Origin: a virus
Taxonomy: Duplodnaviria; Caudoviricetes
Reading direction: 5' to 3' (one strand)
Virus record (IMG/VR): IMGVR_UViG_3300014969_000016
Coordinates: 51,715-115,714 of that record
Length of the DNA: 64,000 bases
Shown here: piece by piece, positions 36,298-46,348 of the stretch
Layout: the number at the start of each line of letters is the position of its first letter
Numbering within the stretch: the stretch's first letter is position 1
Position numbers and translations under genes: made by a program
The notes under the pieces: model-generated
What the model was told of the DNA's origin: nothing
Databases searched by the model: none
What the model saw: only the letters and a program-made list of their open reading frames with translations

Positions 36298-36855
36298 CTA
36301 TCGTCCGGGGTACGGCACCGCCATACCTGGGTTTCCTCTGGCTCCTGTCGCCCACGGAGGTGCTTGGCTTCGCAGCACCGGGACACGATCCGGGTTCGGA
36401 GGTGCTGCTGGGCCACCACCGTTGGCGTACCGTGACCCAACCGGGACTCCACGTGGGCCGACACGACGATCAGTCGGGTAACGCTCGTCCGCGAGGTATT
36501 CTCCGATGCCGGGTGGGCTGAAGCGCACACCGGCTGCCTGATACTGCAACCCTGTCCAGAGATTGAACTCCTTGGGCCAATAGTAGTCACGTTGGTCGAT
36601 CCGCTCGCCCTTATGGATGCCCCTGGTGTTCGGACGGTTCTGTGTACGTGCCTTGAGGCCATCTAGCAGGCGGTCTTCACGCCGTGTGTTAATGGTACCC
36701 AGGTATCCGTCCGGGTAGGTGGCCTCGGGCGTGCGCCGCCAGTACATGCGGATGTTGTCGAGGTAGTCGTGACCCTTGGGCGTCGGCCCCAGTGTCTCAG
36801 CCTGACGGAACGGGGCATCGCTACCTGGGTAGTCGTGGCGCATCCAGTCGGTCAT
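36298..36855 (-). CDS. hypothetical protein
   Basis: PEATYPDGYLGTI...RGIHKGERID; SD GGAG. Confidence 0.65.
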   Translation of the reverse strand: MTDWMRHDYPGSDAPFRQAETLGPTPKGHDYLDNIRMYWRRTPEATYPDGYLGTINTRREDRLLDGLKARTQNRPNTRGIHKGERIDQRDYYWPKEFNLWTGLQYQAAGVRFSPPGIGEYLADERYPTDRRVGPRGVPVGSRYANGGGPAAPPNPDRVPVLRSQAPPWATGARGNPGMAVPYPGR

Positions 36856-36865
36856 GGTGTCTCCA

Positions 36866-37117
36866 CTACGAGGTTACGTCAGCCGTAGCTGGGGGTGTTG
36901 GAACCTCACCGTTGCCGAGATGAGCGGAGAACACCGACTCCCTTTCGCGCAGCGCAGCCAGGTCCGTCTGCTGCTCCTGCACAATCGCCAGCAACTCCAG
37001 GTTCTCCCCGACCAGTGCGGTGATGCGTTGACTCATCTGCTCCTTGACGAACTGGTTCCGCTTGACGATGCGGACAAGGTCATCCTTGCTGAACTCATCC
37101 AGTTGTGTGTCACTCAT
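36866..37117 (-). CDS. coiled-coil protein (possible tail chaperone)
   Basis: Position after fibre genes; heptad pattern. Confidence 0.5.
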   Translation of the reverse strand: MSDTQLDEFSKDDLVRIVKRNQFVKEQMSQRITALVGENLELLAIVQEQQTDLAALRERESVFSAHLGNGEVPTPPATADVTS

Positions 37118-37386
37118 GGGTTCTCCTCGTTGTTGATCAGTTGTACTGCCGACAGGATCTGGCTGTCTGTGATGACGGCGGGGTCACTGCCTGGGTTTGG
37201 ATTCCCGTTGAGCATGGCGTACTCGTAGGCGTCAGCGAAGCCAGGTGACGCTGCGATCCACCAGATGTGATCACGTGCCCACTCCAGCGGCTGATGGGTG
37301 TGGGGCACCTCAACCGCTGCAGACGCTGAGACGCGGGCGATGAACTCAGAGTCATTGGACAGTTGGGCCTGTGATAGGTAGCTCAT
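37114..37386 (-). CDS. small tail-associated protein
   Basis: DPAVITDSQILSAVQ; position. Confidence 0.55.
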   Translation of the reverse strand: MSYLSQAQLSNDSEFIARVSASAAVEVPHTHQPLEWARDHIWWIAASPGFADAYEYAMLNGNPNPGSDPAVITDSQILSAVQLINNEENP

Positions 37387-37387
37387 G

Positions 37388-38092
37388 TCACTTCCACTTC
37401 GTATTGAGATAGTTGTTGACCTGAGTCAGTTCGGTGCTGTCGAGGACGTGGTCGTACTTGATCAACTCACCTATCGTGCCGGTGAACGGTTCGCTGAAGG
37501 CGTTCCCGATGTAGGCCAGAGCGGACGAAGCATTGAACGCCTGGTCGTTGGTGACGCTGAGTTGACTGACGCCATCCATGTAGCAGGTGAGCAGGCCGAC
37601 CGCCGAGTACGTGACGATCAGCACAACGGTGGCGTTGGCCGTGACGACTGGGGTGGTCACCCCTAGCTCCACCACCTGGTTCTTCACGACGGACTGCTTG
37701 TGCGTGCTGGAGATGCGCCACTCCAGAGAACCAACGTAGGGGCTGCCGATGATCGCCCGGTAGGCAGCGGTGTTGGTGTGTTTGACGACGGCCACCGCCG
37801 TGAAGGGCTTCTGGTTGGCCCAGCCGTTGTTGATGTCGAAGCGGGTGCCGCCTGCGAAGACCAACGATTTGCGCCCCACCTTCAGGCCATCGCTCGCGAT
37901 GGTGGGCTGGAACCCCGAGCCTGAGGTGGCATGGTTGGCGGCGCCCGACTTGTCGTTCCACTGGCTGACCAGACCGAAGGACTGGGTGATGGTGAGGACA
38001 TCGTCGGCATCGAACCACCACAGCAACCCCGTCATAGGTGGTCCGGAGGCGTTGATCACACCAGAGGCAAGGATCCCGACTGCTAGTGGCAT
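37388..38092 (-). CDS. LamG-like minor tail protein
   Basis: LLWWFDADD...VSQWNDKSG...FTGTIGELIKY...VNNYLNTKW. Confidence 0.75.
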   Translation of the reverse strand: MPLAVGILASGVINASGPPMTGLLWWFDADDVLTITQSFGLVSQWNDKSGAANHATSGSGFQPTIASDGLKVGRKSLVFAGGTRFDINNGWANQKPFTAVAVVKHTNTAAYRAIIGSPYVGSLEWRISSTHKQSVVKNQVVELGVTTPVVTANATVVLIVTYSAVGLLTCYMDGVSQLSVTNDQAFNASSALAYIGNAFSEPFTGTIGELIKYDHVLDSTELTQVNNYLNTKWK

Positions 38093-39066
38093 CAGGTGAG
38101 ATCACCCGTGAGGATCCACCTGTCAGTGGCGAGCTTGATGAGCGACGCCATCGAACCAGGCGCACGCAGCACCGCTGAAGGGGTGGCGACAATCGTCGTC
38201 GTGCCTGGGGTGACAGCAGCGACGGTGATCTTCCCGGCCCCGGTCTGGAGGAAGTCGGTGCGATACCCGACAGGCAGAGCCAGGGTGGCGTTGGTCGGCA
38301 CCGAGATGGTGATGGCTGTCGCTGCTGTGAACTCACGGGTCTGGTTCTCGTCAGCGAGGGTGATGGTGTAGGCCGTCGCCGCCGAGGATGCGGCGATGGT
38401 CTGGCGCTTGGCGGCATAGTTGGCATCGCCGTACTGCTTGGTGACAACCTGCAACGGATTAACGGGGTCGGCTCCCACCTCAAACGGCAGCGTCACCCAA
38501 ACCCTGGCGTTCTCGACGGCGAGACGCGTGATGCCGCCGGTCTTCAATGAGATCGACCCTCCCGACGTTGCCGCCGACACGGAGAGGTCACCGAAGACTG
38601 CGTCACCGACGATCCCGGCACCAGCAGGCCAGGTCAACGCCCCCGTCATCACGTCGCCTGTCTTCAACACCCGCAAAGCATCGGCATTCCCCTGCGCAGT
38701 GCTCACCGGCTTGTTGGCGTCCGACGTGTTGTCCACGTTGGACAGAGCGAGCAGTGTCTTCACCGAGGCCACACTGAGGTCGGTGGCAGCAGCGGTGGCT
38801 CCGGTGGCGTTGCCCTTCAAGCTGCTGGCTGCCATCGTCGCCAACTTGACGTTGGTGACTGAGCCATCGGCCACCGTGGCCGTGATGGTCGTCCACTGCG
38901 TGTTGTAGTTGGTGGCATCGATCTTGGTCAGCGCCTGGCCTGCCGTGCCACCAACAGGAACGCCAACTCCTGGTGGTCCTGCCGCCCCGCTGCCAACGTC
39001 AACGTCAACGAACGTCACCGCACCAGTCGTTGTGTTAATGGCAGTGCAGCGCTTGATGCTAGGCAT
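38092..39066 (-). CDS. tail fibre-like protein
   Basis: VPVGGTAGQAL, LSNVDNTSDANKPVSTAQ, QTGAGKIT...WILTGDL. Confidence 0.75.
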   Translation of the reverse strand: MPSIKRCTAINTTTGAVTFVDVDVGSGAAGPPGVGVPVGGTAGQALTKIDATNYNTQWTTITATVADGSVTNVKLATMAASSLKGNATGATAAATDLSVASVKTLLALSNVDNTSDANKPVSTAQGNADALRVLKTGDVMTGALTWPAGAGIVGDAVFGDLSVSAATSGGSISLKTGGITRLAVENARVWVTLPFEVGADPVNPLQVVTKQYGDANYAAKRQTIAASSAATAYTITLADENQTREFTAATAITISVPTNATLALPVGYRTDFLQTGAGKITVAAVTPGTTTIVATPSAVLRAPGSMASLIKLATDRWILTGDLT

Positions 39067-39069
39067 GAC

Positions 39070-42000
39070 TCATCCCAGGTGGTGGATCTCTAGGCGCCCG
39101 GTGTTGGCATCCTCGGACAGGTTGGCGAGGGTCATGTAGTTGGTCGTGGCATCGGAGGTGGGCTTGAAGATGGCGACGCCCTTCCATGTCGAGCCGTCAA
39201 CGACGTAGTTCGCCCAGCCAGCAGGCATGTCGATGGACTTGGCGGCACCATTCCAAGCGAGGTTGGCGTCGATGTTCGATCCACCTGACAGTTGGGGAGC
39301 CGAACCGTCAGCGGTGGTGACGGTGTGTCTATGCAGGTACATGGTGATGTCGCGGTCCACTCCATCGCCACCGTCCATGCGCTTCATCCACACCTTCCCC
39401 GACAGGATGGTGCGCCTCCCGCCGTAGTACAGAGCGGTGGTGGGCTTGTTGTTGTAGAACCAGCAGCCGGTGGCGTTGTACGCCGAGTTGGAGTAGTAGC
39501 CCTGGATGGGACGGCTGGTACCCATCGCATTCCAGGTGCCGTTGGCCCGGTAGTGGTTGGTGGAGTGCGCCGTGACGTAGGTGGGCGATGTGATAAGGGT
39601 GTATGGCGAGGCGTTGGTGTACGAGACGTTGACCGCAGGGTCGTACACGTAGACCCGGCAGTACACCGTCTGCCCTGCGCTGAAGGTACCGATATCGAGG
39701 GCGTACGATCCTGGGCCAGCCCCAGTCCAGTTCTGGACGATTGTCCAGTTGGCATTGTCGGTGGAACGGTCAACCCGGATCGCCACAGTGTCCCCACCCG
39801 TGGTGTAGCGCACGACCATACGACCATACGAACCTTCCGGCTGGAAGCTGGCGATCACCGGAACGGGTGGAGGCGTGGTATCAGGGGGAGCAGCAGTCGT
39901 GGCAGTCGTCGTGCGCTGCGGCGAGTACAGCAGGCCGGTGTCCCTCGTCCTGACCCCGAAGGTGTAGTTGGTCGAGGCAGCAAGGCCGGTGAAGGTGTAC
40001 GACAGAGCGGTGGTGAAGCCCTTCGACGTGGAGCCGAGGAAGACCTCGTAGTCCCTACGATCCGGGGAGGCAGAGGCAGGCCAGGTCGCCACCGCCGAGT
40101 CGTAATCGACGGAACTCATCGTGATGGAAGTTGGCTGCACGGGGGCAGCGTTGTCGCTGGTGATCGTGTCGCTAACGGTGGTACCGAACAGGCCGGTGGA
40201 ACCCTTGGACCTGATGCCGAAGGTGGTCGTCTCGTTCTCGGTGATCCCCGTCGCTGTGTAGGTCACCCCGGCTTGGGTCGTCACCAACACGCTGTTGACA
40301 TACACCTCGTAGGTGTAACCGGTGCCGCCAGCCGCCGCCGTCCACGACACCGCCGAGTTCGTCGGCCCGGACGACGTGGCGGTCACCCCGGTGACACTGG
40401 CTGGCTTCGTGACGATGCTCACGGTGGGCGAGTACCCACCACTACCTGCTGCGTTGTTCGCCCTGAGGCGGTAGTAGTAGATGGTGTTGGCGGTACGCGC
40501 CGTGTCCGTGTACACATTGAGGGCTGCCGTGGTGGTGAGCACCGTGGGGAACGTCGTGCCATCCGTGCCACGTTCCAAGGAGATAGTGGAGATCGATTCA
40601 GAGGTTGCCCACTGCTGCCAGGAGAGATCCACGGCGAAGCCGGTGGCGGCGTTGCTGATAGTGAGCGTCTTCACGGTAGGTGCTTGCAACCCGAGCGGGG
40701 CGGTCTGGATCCACAGGTCACCGACCGCCAGACCGTTGGCGAACGTCGGCTGATTCTCCCCGACCCAGATGTCGGCCGAGTTGGCACCATCAGTGGGGTG
40801 AAGCTCCAGGATCTCCGGGTGGGTGTGTCCCCTGATGGCGTAAGCGATATCACCCTCGGTTGGAGTGAGATACTGCGGGTGCGGGTCGGCCTCGGCCACG
40901 TGGAGAGCGACCAGTCCAATCGGCTCGTACTTGTCGTCATGGTTGTGGACGATGTCGGCGTAGAGAGTGTCCGCTCTCTCCTCGGTGAGGTAGAGGGCGT
41001 CGGCCTCCGCTTGGTCGAGGTACTGGGAGTGGGGATCGTTGTAGACCTGCCCACCAGCCCCCGGAAGGGTGACCGGCACGGTGTACCCAGGTGGTGCCGT
41101 GGTGCCGTAGGTGATGGTGATCAGGTTGGGTGCCGCCTCGGTGTCGAGCACCTTCCACTTCTGGTTGAGGGCAGGGTCAACGTTCTTCAGGTTGATGTAG
41201 CTGTTCGGCAGGATGGAGTGATTCGGGCTGACCGTCAGTGTGACAACACCGTTCGGGTTCCACGACCAGCCACTCACCGCCCACGGGTCTTGGATCTGGT
41301 GGTTGATGACCTGCTGACGGATCTCTGCCTGGTGGTTGTGAACGACCGGCGCATAGAAGATGTCGCCCTCTGGCTGAGTGAGATACTGCGGGTGCGGGTC
41401 AGCGGCAGAGGTGTGAGCGAGGATCTGGTTCTTGACGTACGTCTCGGTCGAGAAGGGCACGTACTGGAAGAGCACCTGGCCGAGCGTCTGGCCCTTCACC
41501 GTGGCCTTGGTCGAGGTCACCGCCGTCGAGGCGATGTCGGCGTTCACCTTGGCGTAGCTGACCGTCAGCGCAGTCACCGCCGTGATCGTGTAGGTGCCGT
41601 CGAAGGTGGCATCCACGCCCTCCACGTCGATCATGGCACCAGGAAGGAGAGTGTGCGCGCTGACGGGAGGTGTAATCAGTGGCATCGTCAGCGTCAGGGT
41701 GGCAACGTTGGCGGTCAGCGCCTTGTTGTTCACGGCATAGCCGGGTATGGCAGCGACAACCCAGTCACCGTTGTTGAGGGTGATCTGTTCGTCGGCCACC
41801 AGCGGGTTGCCCGAGGGGTAGCGGCCCGAGGCATCGTCGGCAATGAAGTCCACCGTGCCGGTCGAGTTGCACACCCAGTACATGCCGTGGCGATAGACGG
41901 TGGAGCCACCGCTCCACTCCGGGTCGGGATACAACTGGGTGCGGGCCATCCCGCCGCCGACCAGCGTCAGGTTCCCTGGAGACGCCAGCGTCGGTGTAAC

Positions 42001-45000
42001 AACAGTCTGTCCCGGCAGAGCGTCGGACCCCTTGAAGTCGAACGTCGGGATGCTATTGGTCGCTGACCAGACCCGATAGAGGTAGCCCGTGTAGTAGAAC
42101 GTTGCTTGTCCACCAAGGCTTTGGGCTACCGCGATCTCGGACAGCAACTTCCCAGCCCACACGGCACTGCCGAGCGTGGTCCAGGTGGCGTTGACATCAT
42201 CAAGCAGATCGAACCCAGCAGTACGCCAGTAGTGGGTGATGGTGTCGGTGGTTGGATCCCACGCAGCCCGGAGTTGGATCCGAGCAGGGGTGGTCGCGTT
42301 GTAGGCAGGCCACCCCGGAGTAGTGGTCACCGCTGTGAACACCGGAGGCAACAGAGCATCTGAGACGATGAGGTTGGCGGTGTTGATCGTGACGCGATCA
42401 GGGTCGCCGTAAGCAGCGTTGGGGAAGGTGAGAGTGAACGCTGTCGTGTGGGCGGGACCACCGGCCACCGTGATGGTGTTACCAGGAAGCGCTGTGTTGA
42501 GTGCGGTCTTGATGGTGGCAGCGGTGGCGTTCCAAGCGATGTCTCCCGTTGTCACACCAAGGAGCGTGAGGGTGAAGGTGCCAGCGGAGAACGTGCCACT
42601 GGGGGTGACGGTCTGCACCTCGTTCGGATAGGCGGTCGTTACCGAGGCATAGGTGGCGTCGGTGAGACGGACGTACGAGATGAGCGAGGTAGGGGTGAGG
42701 GTGAAGATCAGCGCGCCGTTGACCGGCCTCTGGTTGGTGCCGACACCGATGTTGGGCCGTGTGCAGTCGCAGCGGAACTCAACCGACGCATCGGTCGGCG
42801 GGTCGAAAGTCCAGCCGGTGATCGTGTTGGGGGTGGCGGCGTTGAACGGGATGTACCTGTTCTTGGCCGACAGGTACGACGCTGGATCGTAGGTGCCGAC
42901 GTAGAGGAGGTCACCGAGCAGCGCCTCCATCTCCTCCTGGTTGGCGAAGTAGGTGGCGTGCTTGTCGTCCAGCATGTCGGCGTTGAGGCCGCTGCTGTCG
43001 GCGGTGTGACCGTCGTTGTTCTCATGCCAGACGCGGTATGTCCTGTACTTCAGGTTGGTGGAGTCGAGTGACAGCAGTGACGTGCCTCCCCCCGCAGTGC
43101 CAGAGGTGTCGCTGTGTGTCCCGCCCTGATACCAGTAGAAGGCGGTGGGCGCACGGAAGTACACCGTGTCCTGGCCCGAGCCGCCCACTCCCTGGACACC
43201 GAGGCCGAGGGTGGTGCTGGCGAGCAGGATGTGCTGGCCGGAACGGGAGCCGAAGGCAAGCTGGACGCCGTTGCCGGTGATGTTCAGGTTGCCGCTGACC
43301 GTGCCGCCCGTCAGTTGCAGGTACCCGGCGACAAGGGCCGCTGGTGTGACGGCCACGGTGGCGATGGGTGAGAGGGCAACAGCCTCGGCCACAGTGGACA
43401 GGCGGGTGGCCCCGACGACGGCAGTCGTGGAGACAGGGATCCCGATGCTGAACGATGCGGCGAGGGTGCCGCCACCCGTGAGCGGGCTGCTGACAGTGAT
43501 GGCGACGGCCTTGTCGGCCTTGTTGTTGGTCAGGGTGCTGAGGTCGGTGACGAGGTTGGTGACATCGGACTGGACGATGTTGGCGAAGGCTCCGGTGACG
43601 GCGGCTCCCTGCGACTTCAGGAACTGACCAAGCGTGCCGGGACCAATCGTCGTCTGCGGATCGGTAGGAAGCGCACCAGCGGCGATGAGTCCGTTGGCGA
43701 TGCTGTTGGTGCTACGCCCGGTACCACCATCAACTACTGATACATCGGTACCACCCTGGAGATAGAAGTCGGAGTCGGAGAGAGCAACCTGGAACTGGCT
43801 CGCCGTCCCGGTGATGGTGTTGTTCCCCAGGTTGATCGTCTTGCCGGTCAACGTCTCTGACCCAGCGATGGTGGCGAAGTCGTTGTCACTGAGAGCAGCG
43901 TTGAACAGAGCGGTGGTGCCCGTCACCGTGTTCCCCACCAGGTTGATCGATTTGTTGGTCAGCGTCTCGGTGCCAGCCAGAGTGGCGAAGTCGTTGTCGG
44001 TGAGTGCCGTGTTGAACTGGGCGGTGGTGCCACGAACGGTGTTACCACCCATGTCGATGGTCTTGCTGGTCAGCGTCTGGACGCCGGTCAACGTGACGAG
44101 CGCAGTCGTGTCAGGAATGCCGTGGATGGCGGTGGTGTCTGCTTCATGGGAAGCCAGAGCCGCCGTCGTGGCGATGTCGGCGTCGGTGATCGCAGCGTTG
44201 AACTGGGCGATGGTGCCGGTGAGTCCGGGGTTGGAGCCGAGCGCAATCGTCTTGTTGGTCAGGGTCTGCGTGCCCGTCGTCGTGACGAGGATGGAAGTGT
44301 CAGCGATGCCGTGGACGCTCGTCGTCGCCCCGGTGTGAGCGGAGAGCGTTGCTGCGCTGGCGGCACCGAGAGCGGTCAGCGCTCCCGCCGCCGAGGTAGC
44401 CCCCGTGCCCCCACCAGTGAGGGGGAGCGCCCCACCTGTGTACTCGGTGAGGTCGAGGATGACGGTGGCCTCGTTAGCGGCCGCTGTGACATCGAACCCA
44501 GCAGCGGTGAACAGCAGCGAGGTGAACGCCGAGCCGAGGACGGTGACGCCCTCTTTGACGGTGATACCAGAGATGCCGCCGCCAGCACCGGGAGGCAGCG
44601 CCCACTGTCCGTCAGCGCGGAGGAAGTTGACCGAACCACCACCGGAGTCGGAGGCGATGACGGTGCGAGCTTGGGACGGGGTGAGATCCTGAGGGTCACC
44701 GGTACCAGCAGCAACCCGACCCTTGAATGTGTTGGTGACGACGTTGCTGAGCTTGGTGTTGTCAACGGAGTCGTTGGTCAGATGGATGTTGCCGACGCTG
44801 TCGTCAGCCAACTCGGTGCCTGTGACAACATCAGGATTGATCTGCCAACTGGTCCCGGCCACCGTGATGTCACCCTTGTTGCCATCAGTGACACCGCTGC
44901 CGACGATGGCCTCACCACCGCCGCCGCCAAGACCTGATGTCCACACCGGGAACTCGGGATTGCCGCCCTGGAAGAGCACCCAGCCCATCCCGGTGGCGGG

Positions 45001-45126
45001 CGTCCCGAGGTAGTTGACGATCTGAACTGCCGTTTCCCCGAAGACCTGGGGGACGTAGGCGGTGATGACGGAAGACTCGTACTTGACTGCTCTCGCCCGG
45101 TAGATGGCGTCGTATGTCTTCGCCAC
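39070..45126 (-). CDS. 2018-aa tail fibre/spike: gp5-like OB N-terminus, fibre repeats, lectin-like and FN3 domains
   Basis: VPQVFG...GWVLFQGGNPEFPVW; four LTNKTI-type repeats; three DPHxQYL; FN3-like YYYRLRA, YTFGVR. Confidence 0.8.
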   Translation of the reverse strand: MAKTYDAIYRARAVKYESSVITAYVPQVFGETAVQIVNYLGTPATGMGWVLFQGGNPEFPVWTSGLGGGGGEAIVGSGVTDGNKGDITVAGTSWQINPDVVTGTELADDSVGNIHLTNDSVDNTKLSNVVTNTFKGRVAAGTGDPQDLTPSQARTVIASDSGGGSVNFLRADGQWALPPGAGGGISGITVKEGVTVLGSAFTSLLFTAAGFDVTAAANEATVILDLTEYTGGALPLTGGGTGATSAAGALTALGAASAATLSAHTGATTSVHGIADTSILVTTTGTQTLTNKTIALGSNPGLTGTIAQFNAAITDADIATTAALASHEADTTAIHGIPDTTALVTLTGVQTLTSKTIDMGGNTVRGTTAQFNTALTDNDFATLAGTETLTNKSINLVGNTVTGTTALFNAALSDNDFATIAGSETLTGKTINLGNNTITGTASQFQVALSDSDFYLQGGTDVSVVDGGTGRSTNSIANGLIAAGALPTDPQTTIGPGTLGQFLKSQGAAVTGAFANIVQSDVTNLVTDLSTLTNNKADKAVAITVSSPLTGGGTLAASFSIGIPVSTTAVVGATRLSTVAEAVALSPIATVAVTPAALVAGYLQLTGGTVSGNLNITGNGVQLAFGSRSGQHILLASTTLGLGVQGVGGSGQDTVYFRAPTAFYWYQGGTHSDTSGTAGGGTSLLSLDSTNLKYRTYRVWHENNDGHTADSSGLNADMLDDKHATYFANQEEMEALLGDLLYVGTYDPASYLSAKNRYIPFNAATPNTITGWTFDPPTDASVEFRCDCTRPNIGVGTNQRPVNGALIFTLTPTSLISYVRLTDATYASVTTAYPNEVQTVTPSGTFSAGTFTLTLLGVTTGDIAWNATAATIKTALNTALPGNTITVAGGPAHTTAFTLTFPNAAYGDPDRVTINTANLIVSDALLPPVFTAVTTTPGWPAYNATTPARIQLRAAWDPTTDTITHYWRTAGFDLLDDVNATWTTLGSAVWAGKLLSEIAVAQSLGGQATFYYTGYLYRVWSATNSIPTFDFKGSDALPGQTVVTPTLASPGNLTLVGGGMARTQLYPDPEWSGGSTVYRHGMYWVCNSTGTVDFIADDASGRYPSGNPLVADEQITLNNGDWVVAAIPGYAVNNKALTANVATLTLTMPLITPPVSAHTLLPGAMIDVEGVDATFDGTYTITAVTALTVSYAKVNADIASTAVTSTKATVKGQTLGQVLFQYVPFSTETYVKNQILAHTSAADPHPQYLTQPEGDIFYAPVVHNHQAEIRQQVINHQIQDPWAVSGWSWNPNGVVTLTVSPNHSILPNSYINLKNVDPALNQKWKVLDTEAAPNLITITYGTTAPPGYTVPVTLPGAGGQVYNDPHSQYLDQAEADALYLTEERADTLYADIVHNHDDKYEPIGLVALHVAEADPHPQYLTPTEGDIAYAIRGHTHPEILELHPTDGANSADIWVGENQPTFANGLAVGDLWIQTAPLGLQAPTVKTLTISNAATGFAVDLSWQQWATSESISTISLERGTDGTTFPTVLTTTAALNVYTDTARTANTIYYYRLRANNAAGSGGYSPTVSIVTKPASVTGVTATSSGPTNSAVSWTAAAGGTGYTYEVYVNSVLVTTQAGVTYTATGITENETTTFGIRSKGSTGLFGTTVSDTITSDNAAPVQPTSITMSSVDYDSAVATWPASASPDRRDYEVFLGSTSKGFTTALSYTFTGLAASTNYTFGVRTRDTGLLYSPQRTTTATTAAPPDTTPPPVPVIASFQPEGSYGRMVVRYTTGGDTVAIRVDRSTDNANWTIVQNWTGAGPGSYALDIGTFSAGQTVYCRVYVYDPAVNVSYTNASPYTLITSPTYVTAHSTNHYRANGTWNAMGTSRPIQGYYSNSAYNATGCWFYNNKPTTALYYGGRRTILSGKVWMKRMDGGDGVDRDITMYLHRHTVTTADGSAPQLSGGSNIDANLAWNGAAKSIDMPAGWANYVVDGSTWKGVAIFKPTSDATTNYMTLANLSEDANTGRLEIHHLG

Positions 45127-45130
45127 CGGC

Positions 45131-45421
45131 CTACCTCAGGAACAGGTGAAACGTCTGTGCGCTGATCTCGTTGCCGGAATCCCCGGTGATCGTGTCGAAC
45201 CCGATGGTGGTGGCGAGGTCACGCCCTCGCGTGGCCACCAGGCCACGGGCGATGGCGATGCCCTTGACCGCCTGGCAGATGGCCCCCGCCCCGATGGCCC
45301 GGACGATGGGCATCTGGTTCTGATCGAAGATCGCCTTGTTGATCGATGATGCCACTGCTTGGGGAGGGGTGGTAGCAGACACCCGCATCAGGTTCTCGAC
45401 CTGTTCCGTCGCTGTTACCAC
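45131..45421 (-). CDS. spoVS: SpoVS family (Alba-like) protein
   Basis: MRVSATT...VASSI...RAIGAGAICQAVKGIAIARGLV; GTG start after AGGAG. Confidence 0.85.
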   Translation of the reverse strand: MVTATEQVENLMRVSATTPPQAVASSINKAIFDQNQMPIVRAIGAGAICQAVKGIAIARGLVATRGRDLATTIGFDTITGDSGNEISAQTFHLFLR

Positions 45422-45464
45422 TGGTGCTCCTAAGGGACATCGTTCCTCAAAGCACGGTATCAGG

Positions 45465-45881
45465 TCAGCCTGACCTCGGTATGGACCTTCGGCGGTTTCG
45501 GGAAGCTCCCGCCAACCCAAGTTGACTTTCAAAGGCCAGCGTGAGGAGGTGATTCAGGTACTTCACCGGCATGATCGCCACGTACTCGCCCACATCGGTG
45601 GTGCCCCGACGCTTGTGTATCACTGCCCCGGCGTCGTCTCCGGACGCTTCGACCTCGGCCTCCAACTCCCGCAACCACGTGCCGATGGCGGCACGCTCCG
45701 TGGTGCGCTTGCTGTTCTTGGCTTCGATGGTGAACGGGATCCGTTCGGACAGGCAGATGTCACCCTCGTCGGCGCTGCCCTTCTGCGTGCGACGGTGCGA
45801 CCACGGCCAGCCATGAGCCTTCAGCCAGTTGACGATGTTGGTTTCGTGCTGGGTTCCAAGCTGCTTGGTTGGGTTGGCGAT
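45465..45881 (-). CDS. Holliday junction resolvase (PD-(D/E)XK), apparent ATC start
   Basis: ANPTKQLGTQHET...DEGDI...TIEAKN...VIHKRRG. Confidence 0.75.
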   Translation of the reverse strand: MANPTKQLGTQHETNIVNWLKAHGWPWSHRRTQKGSADEGDICLSERIPFTIEAKNSKRTTERAAIGTWLRELEAEVEASGDDAGAVIHKRRGTTDVGEYVAIMPVKYLNHLLTLAFESQLGLAGASRNRRRSIPRSG

Positions 45882-46036
45882 GGCTGATCCTCAGGGTGTT
45901 GCGTTGTCGTCGTCCCAGTACCCGTCACCAGGGTCGGTGCCGTTGACTCCGTGTACTGGGCAGGTCAGGTCAGCGATGCGGTAGCCCCCGATGTCATCAA
46001 ACACAGGGCAGATGCAGTCGGGGGGGCGGGGGTCTT

Positions 46037-46348
46037 CTACACGTCGGGAAACTTCCATGCTTCATCTCCTGCGATCTCGGATTGACGTTGGAAGTAGTCA
46101 GCGATGGCAACGAACTGAGCACGGCGCTTGGGATCGTCGGTCAGATGGGTTGCCATGCCGACGATCCCAGCGTACGTGGCGAGAGCAGGAGCAGCGAAGA
46201 AATCTTGGCGACGGATGACAACAGCGTCATCGATCTCGGAGCCAGTGGAGAACGTGGCGTAGCCCTCCGATATCTTGATCACGTCGTCACGCTTGAACAC
46301 CACGTACTTGTCGTCGTGGGGGGTTGGTACTTCGGCTAGGGGTTCCAT
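46037..46348 (-). CDS. hypothetical protein
   Basis: KYVVFKR...VVIRRQDFFAAPALATYA. Confidence 0.65.
   Translation of the reverse strand: MEPLAEVPTPHDDKYVVFKRDDVIKISEGYATFSTGSEIDDAVVIRRQDFFAAPALATYAGIVGMATHLTDDPKRRAQFVAIADYFQRQSEIAGDEAWKFPDV

Noticed and set aside
41030-41295. Asp-Pro on both sides of a fibre insert as a target-site duplication
   Set aside because: The DNA differs (GACCCG versus GATCCC) and is too short to support the claim
39292-42066. 924-aa plus-strand ORF
   Set aside because: Antisense shadow of the tail fibre gene
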